From the IMG/VR virus record IMGVR_UViG_3300043466_001759, positions 1 to 64,000 of that record: DNA of 64,000 nucleotides. One strand, written 5' to 3'. The translations under genes were made by a program, and so were the position numbers. The notes under the pieces were generated by a model that was not told where the DNA came from, searched no databases, and worked only from the letters and a program-made list of their open reading frames with translations. This stretch comes from a virus. Below, in pieces: positions 1-9,197 of the stretch (position 1 is the stretch's first letter; each line of letters starts with the position of its first letter).

Positions 1-350
1 TTCGTCTTCTTCCTTGTGCAGACAATTGCAACGATCTCAGCCATCGTGCGACCCTCGAGATGCGCAGCTACTTCGCGAACAGCTCTCGCTAACGATTTCC
101 ACTGCCTGTCGCTCAGAAGCATATTGTTGCTCGGCCCAGGCCTTCTCTGCTTCCTAAACCAACGGCAAGAATACTTGGCAACCTTGAAGTCGTACGCCGA
201 CACCTTCTTCTGAAGATTGACCTGCACCTTCTCTCTTGCCTCCTTCATCGACAGCTTCTGGAACCAAAAGTCAAAGTCATTCCTAAGAAGCTCTTCCATG
301 ACTTCCTCTGCCGTCGCCTTCAATGCAAAATCTTTTACCTTACCGTTCAT
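1..350 (-). CDS. Hypothetical protein, partial (runs off the window start)
   Basis: Manual translation MNGKVKDFALKATAEEVMEELLRNDFDFWFQK... open to position 1, with GGAG upstream; absent from the ORF track. Confidence 0.7.
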   Translation of the reverse strand, partial: MNGKVKDFALKATAEEVMEELLRNDFDFWFQKLSMKEAREKVQVNLQKKVSAYDFKVAKYSCRWFRKQRRPGPSNNMLLSDRQWKSLARAVREVAAHLEGRTMAEIVAIVCTRKKT

Positions 351-471
351 CGCAAATCTCCCATACCTTAAAAAGACACCAAACAGCAAGAGCCCAACCA
401 AGTGAGTCCATCAGCTGCTCTCCGAATTCAACAACACTACCCATAAACCACAAAGCTCCACTGACAACGTG

Positions 472-741
472 TCAGTCAATACGATACCTAGCCTTCAAAT
501 CATTCAACAGCCTCATCATGTCATCCAGCTTCTTCAAGTAGGACGACTCCACTCCGTAATCCAAAGCCTCTCGAGCCAGCTCTGCCACATCATGGCATGC
601 TTTTTTTAATTCCCCCGTCAGCGCCTCATTCTCGTTCTTTACCATCTCTACGTAAAATGGATCGGTAAACTCTGGTAGCACTGGGAGACGGATCGGCATT
701 CCACAAGAACACCTGTAATTTCTGATATCTACTCGTAACAT
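472..741 (-). CDS. Hypothetical protein
   Basis: ORF 472..798; probable start MLRVDIRN after GGAG. Confidence 0.6.
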   Translation of the reverse strand: MLRVDIRNYRCSCGMPIRLPVLPEFTDPFYVEMVKNENEALTGELKKACHDVAELAREALDYGVESSYLKKLDDMMRLLNDLKARYRID

Positions 742-775
742 CCAAATCTCCAAAAAGCGCCCACATATAACAGCT

Positions 776-1048
776 CTAGCCAGGAATCCCGTAATCATTC
801 AGGTAATGCCTGATCCCATCAGCCAATCCCCTGGACCCATACGTCATAAACAAATGCTCTCCCTCGTCCCAAACAAACTTGCCATCAGCACGTCGAATCA
901 AGCATCCTGACATGTGACAATCCTCCTGACCGTTCTTCCTGACCTCTTCGACCCAAACCGTGTTGTCCGTAAAATCCGTTATAGCAAACACCTCGCCATA
1001 AACCTCGAAGTGATACTCCGTAACGACCCTGTAACCCTCTATAGACAC
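776..1048 (-). CDS. Hypothetical protein
   Basis: 90-aa ORF tightly packed with its neighbours. Confidence 0.65.
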   Translation of the reverse strand: MSIEGYRVVTEYHFEVYGEVFAITDFTDNTVWVEEVRKNGQEDCHMSGCLIRRADGKFVWDEGEHLFMTYGSRGLADGIRHYLNDYGIPG

Positions 1049-1050
1049 GA

Positions 1051-1686
1051 TTACTCAAATCTCCTCTCACGCTCCATGCGAAGCAGCGTATCCCTGGCCG
1101 ACTCTCCCGGCCTCATGTCGTAGCCACAACCGACGCAACCACCTTTCCAGCTCCCTGCTCGCTCTCCAACCTCTGCGCTGAACTCAACGCAAATGCTCTG
1201 ACACTTCATAGCAAACCAAGGTATGTGCCAAAAACACTTTCGTCGCCACTCTCTGCGTTCAACATGAACCTTGGCCGTTACGACCTGAATCTCTCCATTT
1301 CGAAGCATGTACGAATACGGAAACTCCCAGACGTACCTCCTGTCCGGACCACCTTTTTCCCAGCTATGCAAACATGGCTCCCACATCCCTCCCTCTACCT
1401 GAACCATGTGCTTGTCGTTGCGATGATCCCACTGCCATGGCAAGTGAATAAACTTTGCCTTGTTCCCCCAGCAAAGCACAATCGAGTGGCCATCGTCGTA
1501 GTAAACACCCCACTTGTCCAAACACTCCTCGGGTTCCTTGTGCCACCTATCCAAAATCGATAACGGTATCAAATACCCAAACAGATCCAAGCAAAACTCA
1601 TTCTCAAACGACAATAAACCCAAGCTCAACTTAGGCCTGCATCCACGCAACGCAAGCCTTAACCTTCTTCTGTATGTCTCACCCAT
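1051..1686 (-). CDS. Hypothetical Trp-rich phage protein
   Basis: 211-aa ORF with GGAGG RBS; C-terminal EVGERAGSWKGG motif. Confidence 0.75.
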   Translation of the reverse strand: MGETYRRRLRLALRGCRPKLSLGLLSFENEFCLDLFGYLIPLSILDRWHKEPEECLDKWGVYYDDGHSIVLCWGNKAKFIHLPWQWDHRNDKHMVQVEGGMWEPCLHSWEKGGPDRRYVWEFPYSYMLRNGEIQVVTAKVHVERREWRRKCFWHIPWFAMKCQSICVEFSAEVGERAGSWKGGCVGCGYDMRPGESARDTLLRMERERRFE

Positions 1687-2172
1687 AAAAACACCTCCAA
1701 TTTCCTACTGACATCATACCAGCATTGCCCCGTTAACGCAAGTCAATTTTTATTTGTGGGGGGGTGGGGATATTCGACGGGAGTCCCGGCGACGGGGTGG
1801 GGGTCTGGATCGATTCCCGGTCAAGTGATCGCGATCGGTCGCCCACTGACATCGGGTCAGCTGTCCGCGATCGGCCGAGGTGGCATCGCGATCGGCGCCA
1901 TGGCCCAGCACTCGAGCAGCTAGCCACCATGCATCACAGCCTAGCCCTCTGCAGCCTACGTAGCCAAGCAGCCAGCACCAACCATCACAGCACGCAGCGC
2001 CACACAGCCCTCATCGGCGCAGCTACAGCCACCAGCCTTGCACCTCGGATCCGATTCGCATTTCCCGACAATCTGTCAGCAATAGGGCACAATCACGCTA
2101 GACTGCTTATCGAGATGACGATAAGATGTAGTGCCGGGCACTTCGTCCGGACAGTAACCAGGAGCCAGTACG

Positions 2173-2430
2173 ATGAACAGAACAGAACAGCAGATCGAGT
2201 CAATCGCAGAGCTAACCGATCGAGAGATCGCAGACTTCCGCAGGCTTGAGGCACTCCCCGAGGACGCAGTAGGCCTAGGCGACATCGACAAGCCTTCATG
2301 CTGGATAAACGGGCGCGACACAGTCACCGAGCTCGGAATCACCACCGAGAACGGATTCAGCAATCGCGAGATCAGCAATGCCGAATACCGCCACACACTA
2401 GGAACCGCTAAACTCTTTGAGCTAATCTAA
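2173..2430 (+). CDS. Hypothetical protein
   Basis: AGGAG RBS, 85 aa. Confidence 0.7.
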   Translation: MNRTEQQIESIAELTDREIADFRRLEALPEDAVGLGDIDKPSCWINGRDTVTELGITTENGFSNREISNAEYRHTLGTAKLFELI

Positions 2431-2446
2431 CGCGCAGGAAAACACC

Positions 2447-2710
2447 ATGGCCAAGACCAAGAAGTCCAACAACAGCAAGCCAGCACCACTCTCTCAAGAC
2501 GAGATCTGGACGAAGTGGAAAGCAGGAGACATCCACGAGCTGCGAAACACCCTGAACGACATGGCAGAGGGCGAAAACACCTTCTTCGAATACGTCGACG
2601 CCGGAGTCGGGTATCCGTACCCTACGTTCGTTTGCGGTGACGAAGCAGTGTTTGACCGATACCAGAGAGCTCTGATCGAGCGCAGCCAAGCGAGCAGCCT
2701 ATCAGACTAG
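2447..2710 (+). CDS. Hypothetical protein
   Basis: AGGA RBS, 87 aa. Confidence 0.7.
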   Translation: MAKTKKSNNSKPAPLSQDEIWTKWKAGDIHELRNTLNDMAEGENTFFEYVDAGVGYPYPTFVCGDEAVFDRYQRALIERSQASSLSD

Positions 2711-2749
2711 GGGTGAAAACCTATAAAACCCAACGTTTCCGAGGGATCC

Positions 2750-2776
2750 GAGCCACTGGCACCATGTCAGTGGCTC
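2750..2776. terminator. Hairpin between convergent genes
   Basis: gagccactggc-accat-gtcagtggctc inverted repeat (includes a near copy of CTGAC-N5-GTCAG). Confidence 0.5.
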
Positions 2777-2814
2777 TTGTCGTTTCTGGACCGATTATCG
2801 AAAAACCCAGGGTT

Positions 2815-3489
2815 TTACGCATCTCCCGGTAAAAGCATCTCATTCAGCAACCGTCGCACCTCCTCGATCGCGACCTTCTCCCGCTTGACCTCTTCCTCCT
2901 CGGAAGCGATGGATGCTGTGGCTTTTGCGGCGACTTCCACGAACTTTGCGTACGTACGGATCGAGGTTTCCAGCCAGCCCAGGGCAGCCCACGACGGCGG
3001 CGGACCCATGGCTTTTCGCAGGGAAACCACAGTTCCGTTCCCCGTTTCCTTCACCACCATCAACCGATTTGCCTGCACCCAGGAGATTTCTGCCTGGAGC
3101 GAGGCGTTCCCTGGTAGTGGTAGCCAGTTGCTAGGGATCTTATCGAGTCCTGTGATGGATGACTGGTCTATGGTCTCTGTAGGTTGGTTTATTTGTTCTA
3201 TGGGTATCTGCGCTGTAGAACGGATTTCCTTAGGTGACTCCTCCGCGATCGTTTCCCTGGCGATTTGCAGGGGCTGCGATGGTTCCCGGGTGCTTGGAAA
3301 CAACCGATCTAGCTCAGCCCATGCCCAGGCCTCTCCCTCGTTTTTGTCCATTCCTGAGTAAGTGGCTTGTTTCCTGAGTCGTTTCAGGTCTTTTTGAGCG
3401 GATCCCCAACGTTTTTCCTTGGTTAATCGCTGTTGGACTGGGTGTTTTGGCGTATTGCTGCGCGGTTGATCATTTCCAGGTGTTTCCAT
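2815..3489 (-). CDS. Hypothetical protein
   Basis: ORF 2815..3579; likely start METPGND after GGAGG. Confidence 0.7.
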   Translation of the reverse strand: METPGNDQPRSNTPKHPVQQRLTKEKRWGSAQKDLKRLRKQATYSGMDKNEGEAWAWAELDRLFPSTREPSQPLQIARETIAEESPKEIRSTAQIPIEQINQPTETIDQSSITGLDKIPSNWLPLPGNASLQAEISWVQANRLMVVKETGNGTVVSLRKAMGPPPSWAALGWLETSIRTYAKFVEVAAKATASIASEEEEVKREKVAIEEVRRLLNEMLLPGDA

Positions 3490-3518
3490 GGTATTTCCTC
3501 CTTTCGAAAAATTATCGG

Positions 3519-3710
3519 CTATTCGCTGACTCGAAGCTCTAATTTGAGGCACTCTGCGAGCCTGCAGACGACGTCCCAAGAGAGTCCCGACTTACCCCTC
3601 ATCCACTCCGAAACAGAGCTTTGAGGCACTTTTGCGAGCTTGCAGAGCTTGTTTAAGGATCCCATCCTTGCTGCTTCTGCCGCTACGATTTGTTTGAGTT
3701 GTGTGTCCAT
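3519..3710 (-). CDS. XRE/Cro-family HTH transcriptional regulator
   Basis: SLNKLCKLAKVPQSSVSEWMRGK HTH pattern; divergent from the early promoter. Confidence 0.8.
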   Translation of the reverse strand: MDTQLKQIVAAEAARMGSLNKLCKLAKVPQSSVSEWMRGKSGLSWDVVCRLAECLKLELRVSE

Positions 3711-3755
3711 GCAAAGATTGTATCGGAAAATCTATAAAATAACAAACAAGATTGC

Positions 3756-3784
3756 TTGACACCGTATCGGCATGTCGATAGGAT
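3756..3784 (+). promoter_or_regulatory. Sigma70-type promoter for the + strand early region
   Basis: TTGACA-17 nt-TAGGAT with an A-rich upstream element. Confidence 0.7.
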
Positions 3785-3837
3785 TACGCATCTCACCACG
3801 TCGGTGAGACGGTGACACTCACTTGGAGATGAGACAG

Positions 3838-4278
3838 ATGAAGGGTTTTTGGTACAACGTGACGTTCGTTCGGGGCTCCTCCCGCAGGTCTTACGCGGTC
3901 TCGGCCGCCTGCATCGGTAATGCCAAGGCTGCTGCATGGTGCCGTCTCGAGGATACTGAGGGCACTCGCGAAGGGTGGTCACTCGTGATGGTTTCTGAAT
4001 TCAACAGAGGTGAGACCAGCTTCGCTAAGGCAGGAACGCTGGTTGCATGCATTAAAGATGGCGCAAAGCTGTCTGGCAAAGTTATCAGCAATGATAGCGG
4101 CAATCTTCTGATCCAATGGCGAGACTTTCCCCATCCGATTTCGTACACCCCGTTTCAAATCATGGACATGGGGATCACGACTGGCGAGCACACAAACACG
4201 CCGGTTCAAAAAAAGTTCGAGCCAAGTGAGCAAAGCGACTGGTCGTATCGTCGAGCTGAGGCTGGATACGGCCAGTAG
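3838..4278 (+). CDS. Hypothetical protein
   Basis: ORF 3823..4278; GGAG before ATG 3838. Confidence 0.65.
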   Translation: MKGFWYNVTFVRGSSRRSYAVSAACIGNAKAAAWCRLEDTEGTREGWSLVMVSEFNRGETSFAKAGTLVACIKDGAKLSGKVISNDSGNLLIQWRDFPHPISYTPFQIMDMGITTGEHTNTPVQKKFEPSEQSDWSYRRAEAGYGQ

Positions 4279-4332
4279 GCTCGGTGGGGTTAGGCCGAGT
4301 GCGGCGAGGGAATTTTTCTCCCTCGCGTCCCC
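4279..4332 (+). ncRNA. Structured RNA motif copy 1 (putative pseudoknot)
   Basis: gctcgg-t-GGGGTTAGG-ccgagt-GCG-hairpin-GTCCCC; three copies with covariation. Confidence 0.65.
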
Positions 4333-4382
4333 AGCTGACATCGAGTCAGCACAATCATTCAAACGCAAAGGGAATTTTGCAA

Positions 4383-4766
4383 ATGTTAACTAACTTTACA
4401 TCAGCTATCGAAGCTGCAGCAAACGGCCGAAAACGGCTCCAGAAGGCTGGCGAGACTCGTCAGGCGTATTTGTCTCGAGCTCGACGTGCGTGCCGTACAG
4501 TGTTCTATAAACTGGCTGCAGATTGCGAATACAAGCGATGCCACACTAGCTTCCTGGTTCGCGACACTCTACTGGTCGTTGAACAATGGTTTCCAGATCT
4601 CGGGACTTTTGGTGTTGAATACATCCCAGCTGGCCGAGGCGCAAGATCTCCCGAGGTGACGTACCTCAACACTGGCGACACCTACGAGCTAACGATTCTC
4701 TACATTCGAGGACGATTCAGAGTGGGCTGCTGGGGCGATATCGTCGAACGTGGCAACTACAACTAA
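4383..4766 (+). CDS. Hypothetical phage protein
   Basis: C-terminal YLNTGDTYELT...WGDIVE motif; start refined from 4284. Confidence 0.7.
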   Translation: MLTNFTSAIEAAANGRKRLQKAGETRQAYLSRARRACRTVFYKLAADCEYKRCHTSFLVRDTLLVVEQWFPDLGTFGVEYIPAGRGARSPEVTYLNTGDTYELTILYIRGRFRVGCWGDIVERGNYN

Positions 4767-4789
4767 CACGCGACACAGGGGATTCAGAG

Positions 4790-5614
4790 ATGTTTGATAG
4801 CAACGGGTTTGAAATTAAATCTTGCGGTCGATGTGGCGGATCAGGCAGGCACTCGTACTGCGAGAGATACGGTGATCGATGCTTCGAATGTGGCGGAAAA
4901 GGAAACGTTTTCACTAAGCGAGGCGCTGAGGCTCACCGGTTCTTTTCGGATCTTTTCGAGGTTCCTATCGAGACGATCAAAGTAGGTGATTGGGTAAAGC
5001 TTACTGGCTACACAAAGGCGAAAGTCTTAGCAGTCAAGGAAAGCATTCAACGCGGATCATCGAATGGTGTTCCTTACGAGTCGCCGGTTGTCGTGTTGAC
5101 TATCAACACTTCCACAGGACTTCTTCACTCCTCTAACTTCAAAGGATCGACAGTCAAGAAGCTCGAGAGTGAATCGATTCATGCCGAAAGGTTGGTCGCG
5201 GCGATGGAGTATCAAGCGACGTTAACCAAGCAGGGAAAGGTCCGCAAGGTTCGAAAGCCTGTTGTGTTGCTCGACCTCGACAAGTTCCTTACTGGATACA
5301 TCGAATGTGCGCTGTGGTCATCAACCGATGATAACGATGAGCCATTGGACTTGTATGACGAAGACGACATCGATCCAACGGTGCTCGAGACAATGAGAGC
5401 GGACTGCCAAGACTTCATCAAGTCTAACGCAAAGCTGCTTAACGGACTGGACGCTGCACAATGTGGACATGACTTCTGGTTAACCCGCAACAGGCACGGC
5501 GCTGGGTTCTGGGATCGAGGCCTTGGAGATGTTGGTCAACAGCTCACTGAGGCATGTCGACCATACGGCGAATTCAACCTCTACGAAGCTGAAGGGGTGA
5601 TCCATGGCCAGTAA
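4790..5614 (+). CDS. Phage protein with N-terminal CxxCxGxG zinc finger and C-terminal GHDFWLTRNxHGAGFWDR domain
   Basis: CGRCGGSG and CFECGGKG repeats (DnaJ-like Zn finger); conserved-looking C-terminal motif. Confidence 0.75.
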   Translation: MFDSNGFEIKSCGRCGGSGRHSYCERYGDRCFECGGKGNVFTKRGAEAHRFFSDLFEVPIETIKVGDWVKLTGYTKAKVLAVKESIQRGSSNGVPYESPVVVLTINTSTGLLHSSNFKGSTVKKLESESIHAERLVAAMEYQATLTKQGKVRKVRKPVVLLDLDKFLTGYIECALWSSTDDNDEPLDLYDEDDIDPTVLETMRADCQDFIKSNAKLLNGLDAAQCGHDFWLTRNRHGAGFWDRGLGDVGQQLTEACRPYGEFNLYEAEGVIHGQ

Positions 5615-5879
5615 GATCAAACAACTCAAGGAGGCTATTCGACACCCGTACGCATGGCCCGGTGGCTACGAAATTTCGGCAGTTATGAACGATGGGGCGA
5701 GCCTGTGCATGGCTTGCTGCAAAGATAATTTTCGCAACATCGTAGACTCGACTAAGAAACAACTCCGCGATGGATGGCAACTAGAAGCAGTCGACGTCAT
5801 CTGGGAGGGTGATTGTCGATGCGAGCAATGTGGAAAGAACCTAGCAGTTTACGAGGACGATGAAGACGAACAGGCTTGA
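5604..5879 (+). CDS. Hypothetical phage protein (YAWPGGY motif, CxxC pairs)
   Basis: 91-aa ORF overlapping the previous stop. Confidence 0.75.
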   Translation: MASKIKQLKEAIRHPYAWPGGYEISAVMNDGASLCMACCKDNFRNIVDSTKKQLRDGWQLEAVDVIWEGDCRCEQCGKNLAVYEDDEDEQA

Positions 5880-5922
5880 TGGGGTTAGGTCAAGTGCGGC
5901 AGGTCGAGAGGCCTGCGTCCCC
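5874..5922 (+). ncRNA. Structured RNA motif copy 2
   Basis: gcttga-t-GGGGTTAGG-tcaagt-GCG-gcaggtc(GAGA)ggcctgc-GTCCCC. Confidence 0.65.
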
Positions 5923-5966
5923 GATGACACAATGTCAGCAACAAATACAAACAGGAGATCGAGACA

Positions 5967-6935
5967 ATGAGCACATCAACAAAAACCAACACGCTTCGGC
6001 ACTCAATCGTTGTCAGCAAGGGCAACCAGATCACGGACATCAGGATCACTCTAGACGATGACTGCAACAATGGGCACGAAGACTTCTCTATCACAGCTAA
6101 CATCAGAGAGAGAGACTCTCGGGGCATACTGAGAGATGCTGGCGGAGGATGCTGTCACGAGCATATCTTATCACTTCGACCCGAGCTCAAGCCGTTTGTT
6201 GATCTACACCTTTGCACATGGGAAGGGACACCACTTCACTGCGCTGCGAACGGATTCTACTGGCTCGCTGGATACCTGGAGCTGAGTTATGTGGAATACC
6301 ACGGAAGCAGTGGACGCGATGCCAAGACCAAGGAAGAATGCCTGCGGATCTTCAAGGATCACGTTCGATGCACCGATGAGGAGTTGCCAGCACTGCTCGA
6401 ATGCAGGTCGGCCGATGAATTGCGAATTGCCCTCGAAGACCTAGGAGTCGTCACCCGATGGAAAGAGGAAGCTGACGCTGCCATAAGACAACTCGAGACA
6501 TGGACAGGCAGTGAGTTCGAATCTGCAGCAACCCGCAAGGGATGGGCTCCAGTCACCAACGAAGAGCGAGAGATCGCCACAGCTCGCCGTGCATCTGGTT
6601 ACTACACTCCAGAGGCAATTGCAGCTCGAGATGCTGAGAGAGCAGCTGCATTGAAGGCGAAAAAGAGAGCAACGTTGATCGCCAATCACGACAGCAATGT
6701 TCGCAAGTCGAAGAGGTATTTGGAAGTGAAGCTGTTCATTCTCGACAACTTCGACAACGACGTTAATTGCATTTACTACGATCACTGTAACGAGGTGACA
6801 GTAAACTGGACGAGCACCGAAAAGCTGGTAACCAAAGAAGAGTTCGACAACATGGTCGAGGTATTCAAGAACTTCAGGACAGAAAGCCTCCCAGAAGGCG
6901 TGAAGCTCGAATGGCAAGAAAAACCAAAGTATTAG
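5967..6935 (+). CDS. Hypothetical phage protein
   Basis: 322 aa, AGGAG RBS, DDCNNGH and GGCCHE motifs. Confidence 0.8.
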   Translation: MSTSTKTNTLRHSIVVSKGNQITDIRITLDDDCNNGHEDFSITANIRERDSRGILRDAGGGCCHEHILSLRPELKPFVDLHLCTWEGTPLHCAANGFYWLAGYLELSYVEYHGSSGRDAKTKEECLRIFKDHVRCTDEELPALLECRSADELRIALEDLGVVTRWKEEADAAIRQLETWTGSEFESAATRKGWAPVTNEEREIATARRASGYYTPEAIAARDAERAAALKAKKRATLIANHDSNVRKSKRYLEVKLFILDNFDNDVNCIYYDHCNEVTVNWTSTEKLVTKEEFDNMVEVFKNFRTESLPEGVKLEWQEKPKY

Positions 6936-6980
6936 ACTCGGAGGGGTTAGGCCGAGTGCGGCACCTTCGGGTGCGTCCCC
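6936..6980 (+). ncRNA. Structured RNA motif copy 3
   Basis: actcgg-a-GGGGTTAGG-ccgagt-GCG-gcacc(TTCG)ggtgc-GTCCCC. Confidence 0.65.
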
Positions 6981-7024
6981 AACTGACATCGAGTCAGTTA
7001 TCACGTTGCTATGGAACCAAGCGA

Positions 7025-7339
7025 ATGAGCACAACGACAGCAAACAATCACAGCTTCAAGGCCGGAGATATCCTTGTGTCATCATGGGGGTATGGCCAGA
7101 CCAACATTGACTACTACGAAGTGATCAAGGTAACGGCGTCAACCATTAGCATTCGCGAGCTCGAGTGCGACATAACACCAAATGGATTCATGTGCGGTGA
7201 TTCTGCTCCAAGGCTAGGCCAATACAGATCTGATGAGATAAAGACTAAGCGACCAAAGAACGGTTGCGTGAGAATCTCGTCTTATGCATCTGCATGCCTA
7301 TGGAACGGTCAGCCGAAGTACTGCTCGTGGTATGCTTAA
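7025..7339 (+). CDS. Hypothetical phage protein (GDILxSSWGYxQTN motif)
   Basis: Start refined from 6911 to MSTTTAN. Confidence 0.7.
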   Translation: MSTTTANNHSFKAGDILVSSWGYGQTNIDYYEVIKVTASTISIRELECDITPNGFMCGDSAPRLGQYRSDEIKTKRPKNGCVRISSYASACLWNGQPKYCSWYA

Positions 7340-7371
7340 TACGCTCAACAGAAACACACAGGAGATCGAAA

Positions 7372-7617
7372 ATGACTTATCAATATCGAGACTGGATCGG
7401 CGAGATACAGACAGTGGTCGTCAAAGGAGAGGTGATACTATCCAACCCTGACAATCACATCTACCTAGCGAAGCTGTCCATCAATACCTACAGAGTTCAC
7501 TACGGACTCCAGCGCACCTTCCACGGATCTCTCGAGGATGCTGTCGCTGACTTTGGAAACTGTTTTCTACATGCTCAAGGATGCCTTGAGGAGGTGACAA
7601 ATGCAGAAGCGAATTAA
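7372..7617 (+). CDS. Hypothetical protein
   Basis: AGGAG RBS before ATG 7372. Confidence 0.65.
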   Translation: MTYQYRDWIGEIQTVVVKGEVILSNPDNHIYLAKLSINTYRVHYGLQRTFHGSLEDAVADFGNCFLHAQGCLEEVTNAEAN

Positions 7618-7978
7618 CAAGAGACTGATGAGGACAAAGCACGGACACGAAGCATTGGTTGGTCGCCAGCCAGCACAGAACAAGTGTGCATGGTGCGGCA
7701 AATGGATGCTTGATGATCGCCAGTGCCTCACTCCAGAGCAACGTGCGTTTATCATGAGATTCGCTAGCGACAACGGAAGAAGCTGGAAGAAAAAGCTTGC
7801 CGATCAATGGTTTAATGCCGAGGGACCACAAGAATCAATAGCTATTCGCAACAACTTTGGGCCATCGTGGCTGGCGGATTTTAAAATGTCAAAAGCTAAC
7901 GAGATCAATGACGCAAGAGATCTTGTTAATAGAGTCAATAAGAGAACAGAACAGAAAAGCAGGAGATTGGACAAATGA
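7601..7978 (+). CDS. Hypothetical phage protein
   Basis: GGAGG RBS; GRSWKKKL...RNNFGPSWL motif. Confidence 0.7.
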   Translation: MQKRINKRLMRTKHGHEALVGRQPAQNKCAWCGKWMLDDRQCLTPEQRAFIMRFASDNGRSWKKKLADQWFNAEGPQESIAIRNNFGPSWLADFKMSKANEINDARDLVNRVNKRTEQKSRRLDK

Positions 7979-8283
7979 ATCTTTATTTTATCGACATCCA
8001 CGGAAACCTGCTCGAGCACACTAGACTCGACAGGGACGAAGCCAGAGGCCTTGCGCCAGCGAATGGCTGCGACATCCTAGTTAAGAATTCTCGAGGACAC
8101 ATCAACTCGGGCAACTCCAAGAACTACTTCGAGACCATCGAAGAGGCTGTTGCGAATTTCGAGACCAGACAGCTCGAGTTCATCGCGCAATCCGAAAGCA
8201 AACTAGCTCGCGAGCGCAAGGCCTTGGATAACGCAAGATCACTACTGCATCGCAACGCGACTGCTCAATCTCTCGAGGCCTGA
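7975..8283 (+). CDS. Hypothetical protein
   Basis: ATGA overlap with the previous gene. Confidence 0.7.
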   Translation: MNLYFIDIHGNLLEHTRLDRDEARGLAPANGCDILVKNSRGHINSGNSKNYFETIEEAVANFETRQLEFIAQSESKLARERKALDNARSLLHRNATAQSLEA

Positions 8284-8285
8284 CG

Positions 8286-8489
8286 ATGACACAAGAAAGA
8301 CCATGCGAGAGATGCCACAGCAAGCCAGCCAAGAACAAGTACAGGTTCTGCACTGATTGCAACAAGCGAATCAAAAAAGAGATGTCTAGCGATGGATATC
8401 TTACGCCAACAAACTCTTACAGTCGAAGCAATCGAACAAGAGACATGAAAGAAGACCAACACGAGACCAAGTACGGGATCGATGATTAA
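8286..8489 (+). CDS. Small zinc-finger protein
   Basis: CERC...CTDC. Confidence 0.65.
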   Translation: MTQERPCERCHSKPAKNKYRFCTDCNKRIKKEMSSDGYLTPTNSYSRSNRTRDMKEDQHETKYGIDD

Positions 8490-8513
8490 ACACTTTTCAA
8501 CACGGAGATCATT

Positions 8514-8774
8514 ATGGAAAACGAATTAACACCAGAACAGCAACTCGATGCGGCATTGCACGCGGACCTGGAAACCAAAAGGATTATCGATAGATACATC
8601 AGGGCTGAGAAGGCATTCGAGGCAGCTACCGCAGAATGGAACGCCGCGTGCACTGCGATGCGTGAGAATCTTGGGAAGGATGCTCAGTTTGTCGCTAGGG
8701 TTGATTTTGTAACATACCTAGTGAGAGCGAATGCAGGTGCATTTACTGTCGAGAAGGTCAAGGTACTTCACTGA
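8514..8774 (+). CDS. Hypothetical protein
   Basis: GGAG RBS, 86 aa. Confidence 0.7.
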   Translation: MENELTPEQQLDAALHADLETKRIIDRYIRAEKAFEAATAEWNAACTAMRENLGKDAQFVARVDFVTYLVRANAGAFTVEKVKVLH

Positions 8775-8857
8775 CATCGAGACAGCTGGAACACGAGGGC
8801 ATTGAAAACAGTGCCCGACTGTTCACGCTAAACCGATTCAAACTAAGGAGAGTTGTT

Positions 8858-8983
8858 ATGTTGAAATGGATTTTGACTTTGGCAGTTGTGTTGTTCTGTG
8901 GATGCGCAGGACAACGAACACGGATCACACTAACGAGGGTTCATGGCGAACCATCAATCAGTATCGAGCTTGAGGAACGATAG
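8858..8983 (+). CDS. Small putative lipoprotein (41 aa)
   Basis: TAAGGAG RBS; MLKWILTLAVVLFCG/CAGQR signal peptide with lipobox-like cysteine; below the ORF-track cutoff. Confidence 0.65.
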   Translation: MLKWILTLAVVLFCGCAGQRTRITLTRVHGEPSISIELEER

Positions 8984-8987
8984 GAAA

Positions 8988-9197
8988 ATGAGCGACAGAA
9001 ACACTACTGAAAAAAAGACATGCGAATGCGGCAGGGTATCAACCTATTTCGTGTCCCCTAACAATGGCAAAAAGCTGTTGCGAGGCTTTTGCGACTCATG
9101 CTACGAAGATAGATGCCGCAGAGAATCCAACAAACGGCTGGACAGGATCCAGAAGTTTAGAGATCGCAATCAATACGACAGGGAAGATCAATCCTAA
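8988..9197 (+). CDS. Small zinc-finger protein
   Basis: CECG...CDSC; start refined. Confidence 0.6.
   Translation: MSDRNTTEKKTCECGRVSTYFVSPNNGKKLLRGFCDSCYEDRCRRESNKRLDRIQKFRDRNQYDREDQS

Noticed and set aside
1826-1900. Cyanobacterial HIP1 (GCGATCGC) signature as a host clue
   Set aside because: The copies are CGCGATCGG and local, not genome-wide HIP1 enrichment
2815-3489. Terminase small subunit call
   Set aside because: The position is suggestive only; no recognisable TerS motif
4279-6980. HDV-like or pistol ribozyme identity for the 3-copy motif
   Set aside because: The topology is superficially nested, but there is no HDV P3/L3 or catalytic C junction and no pistol consensus; left unassigned
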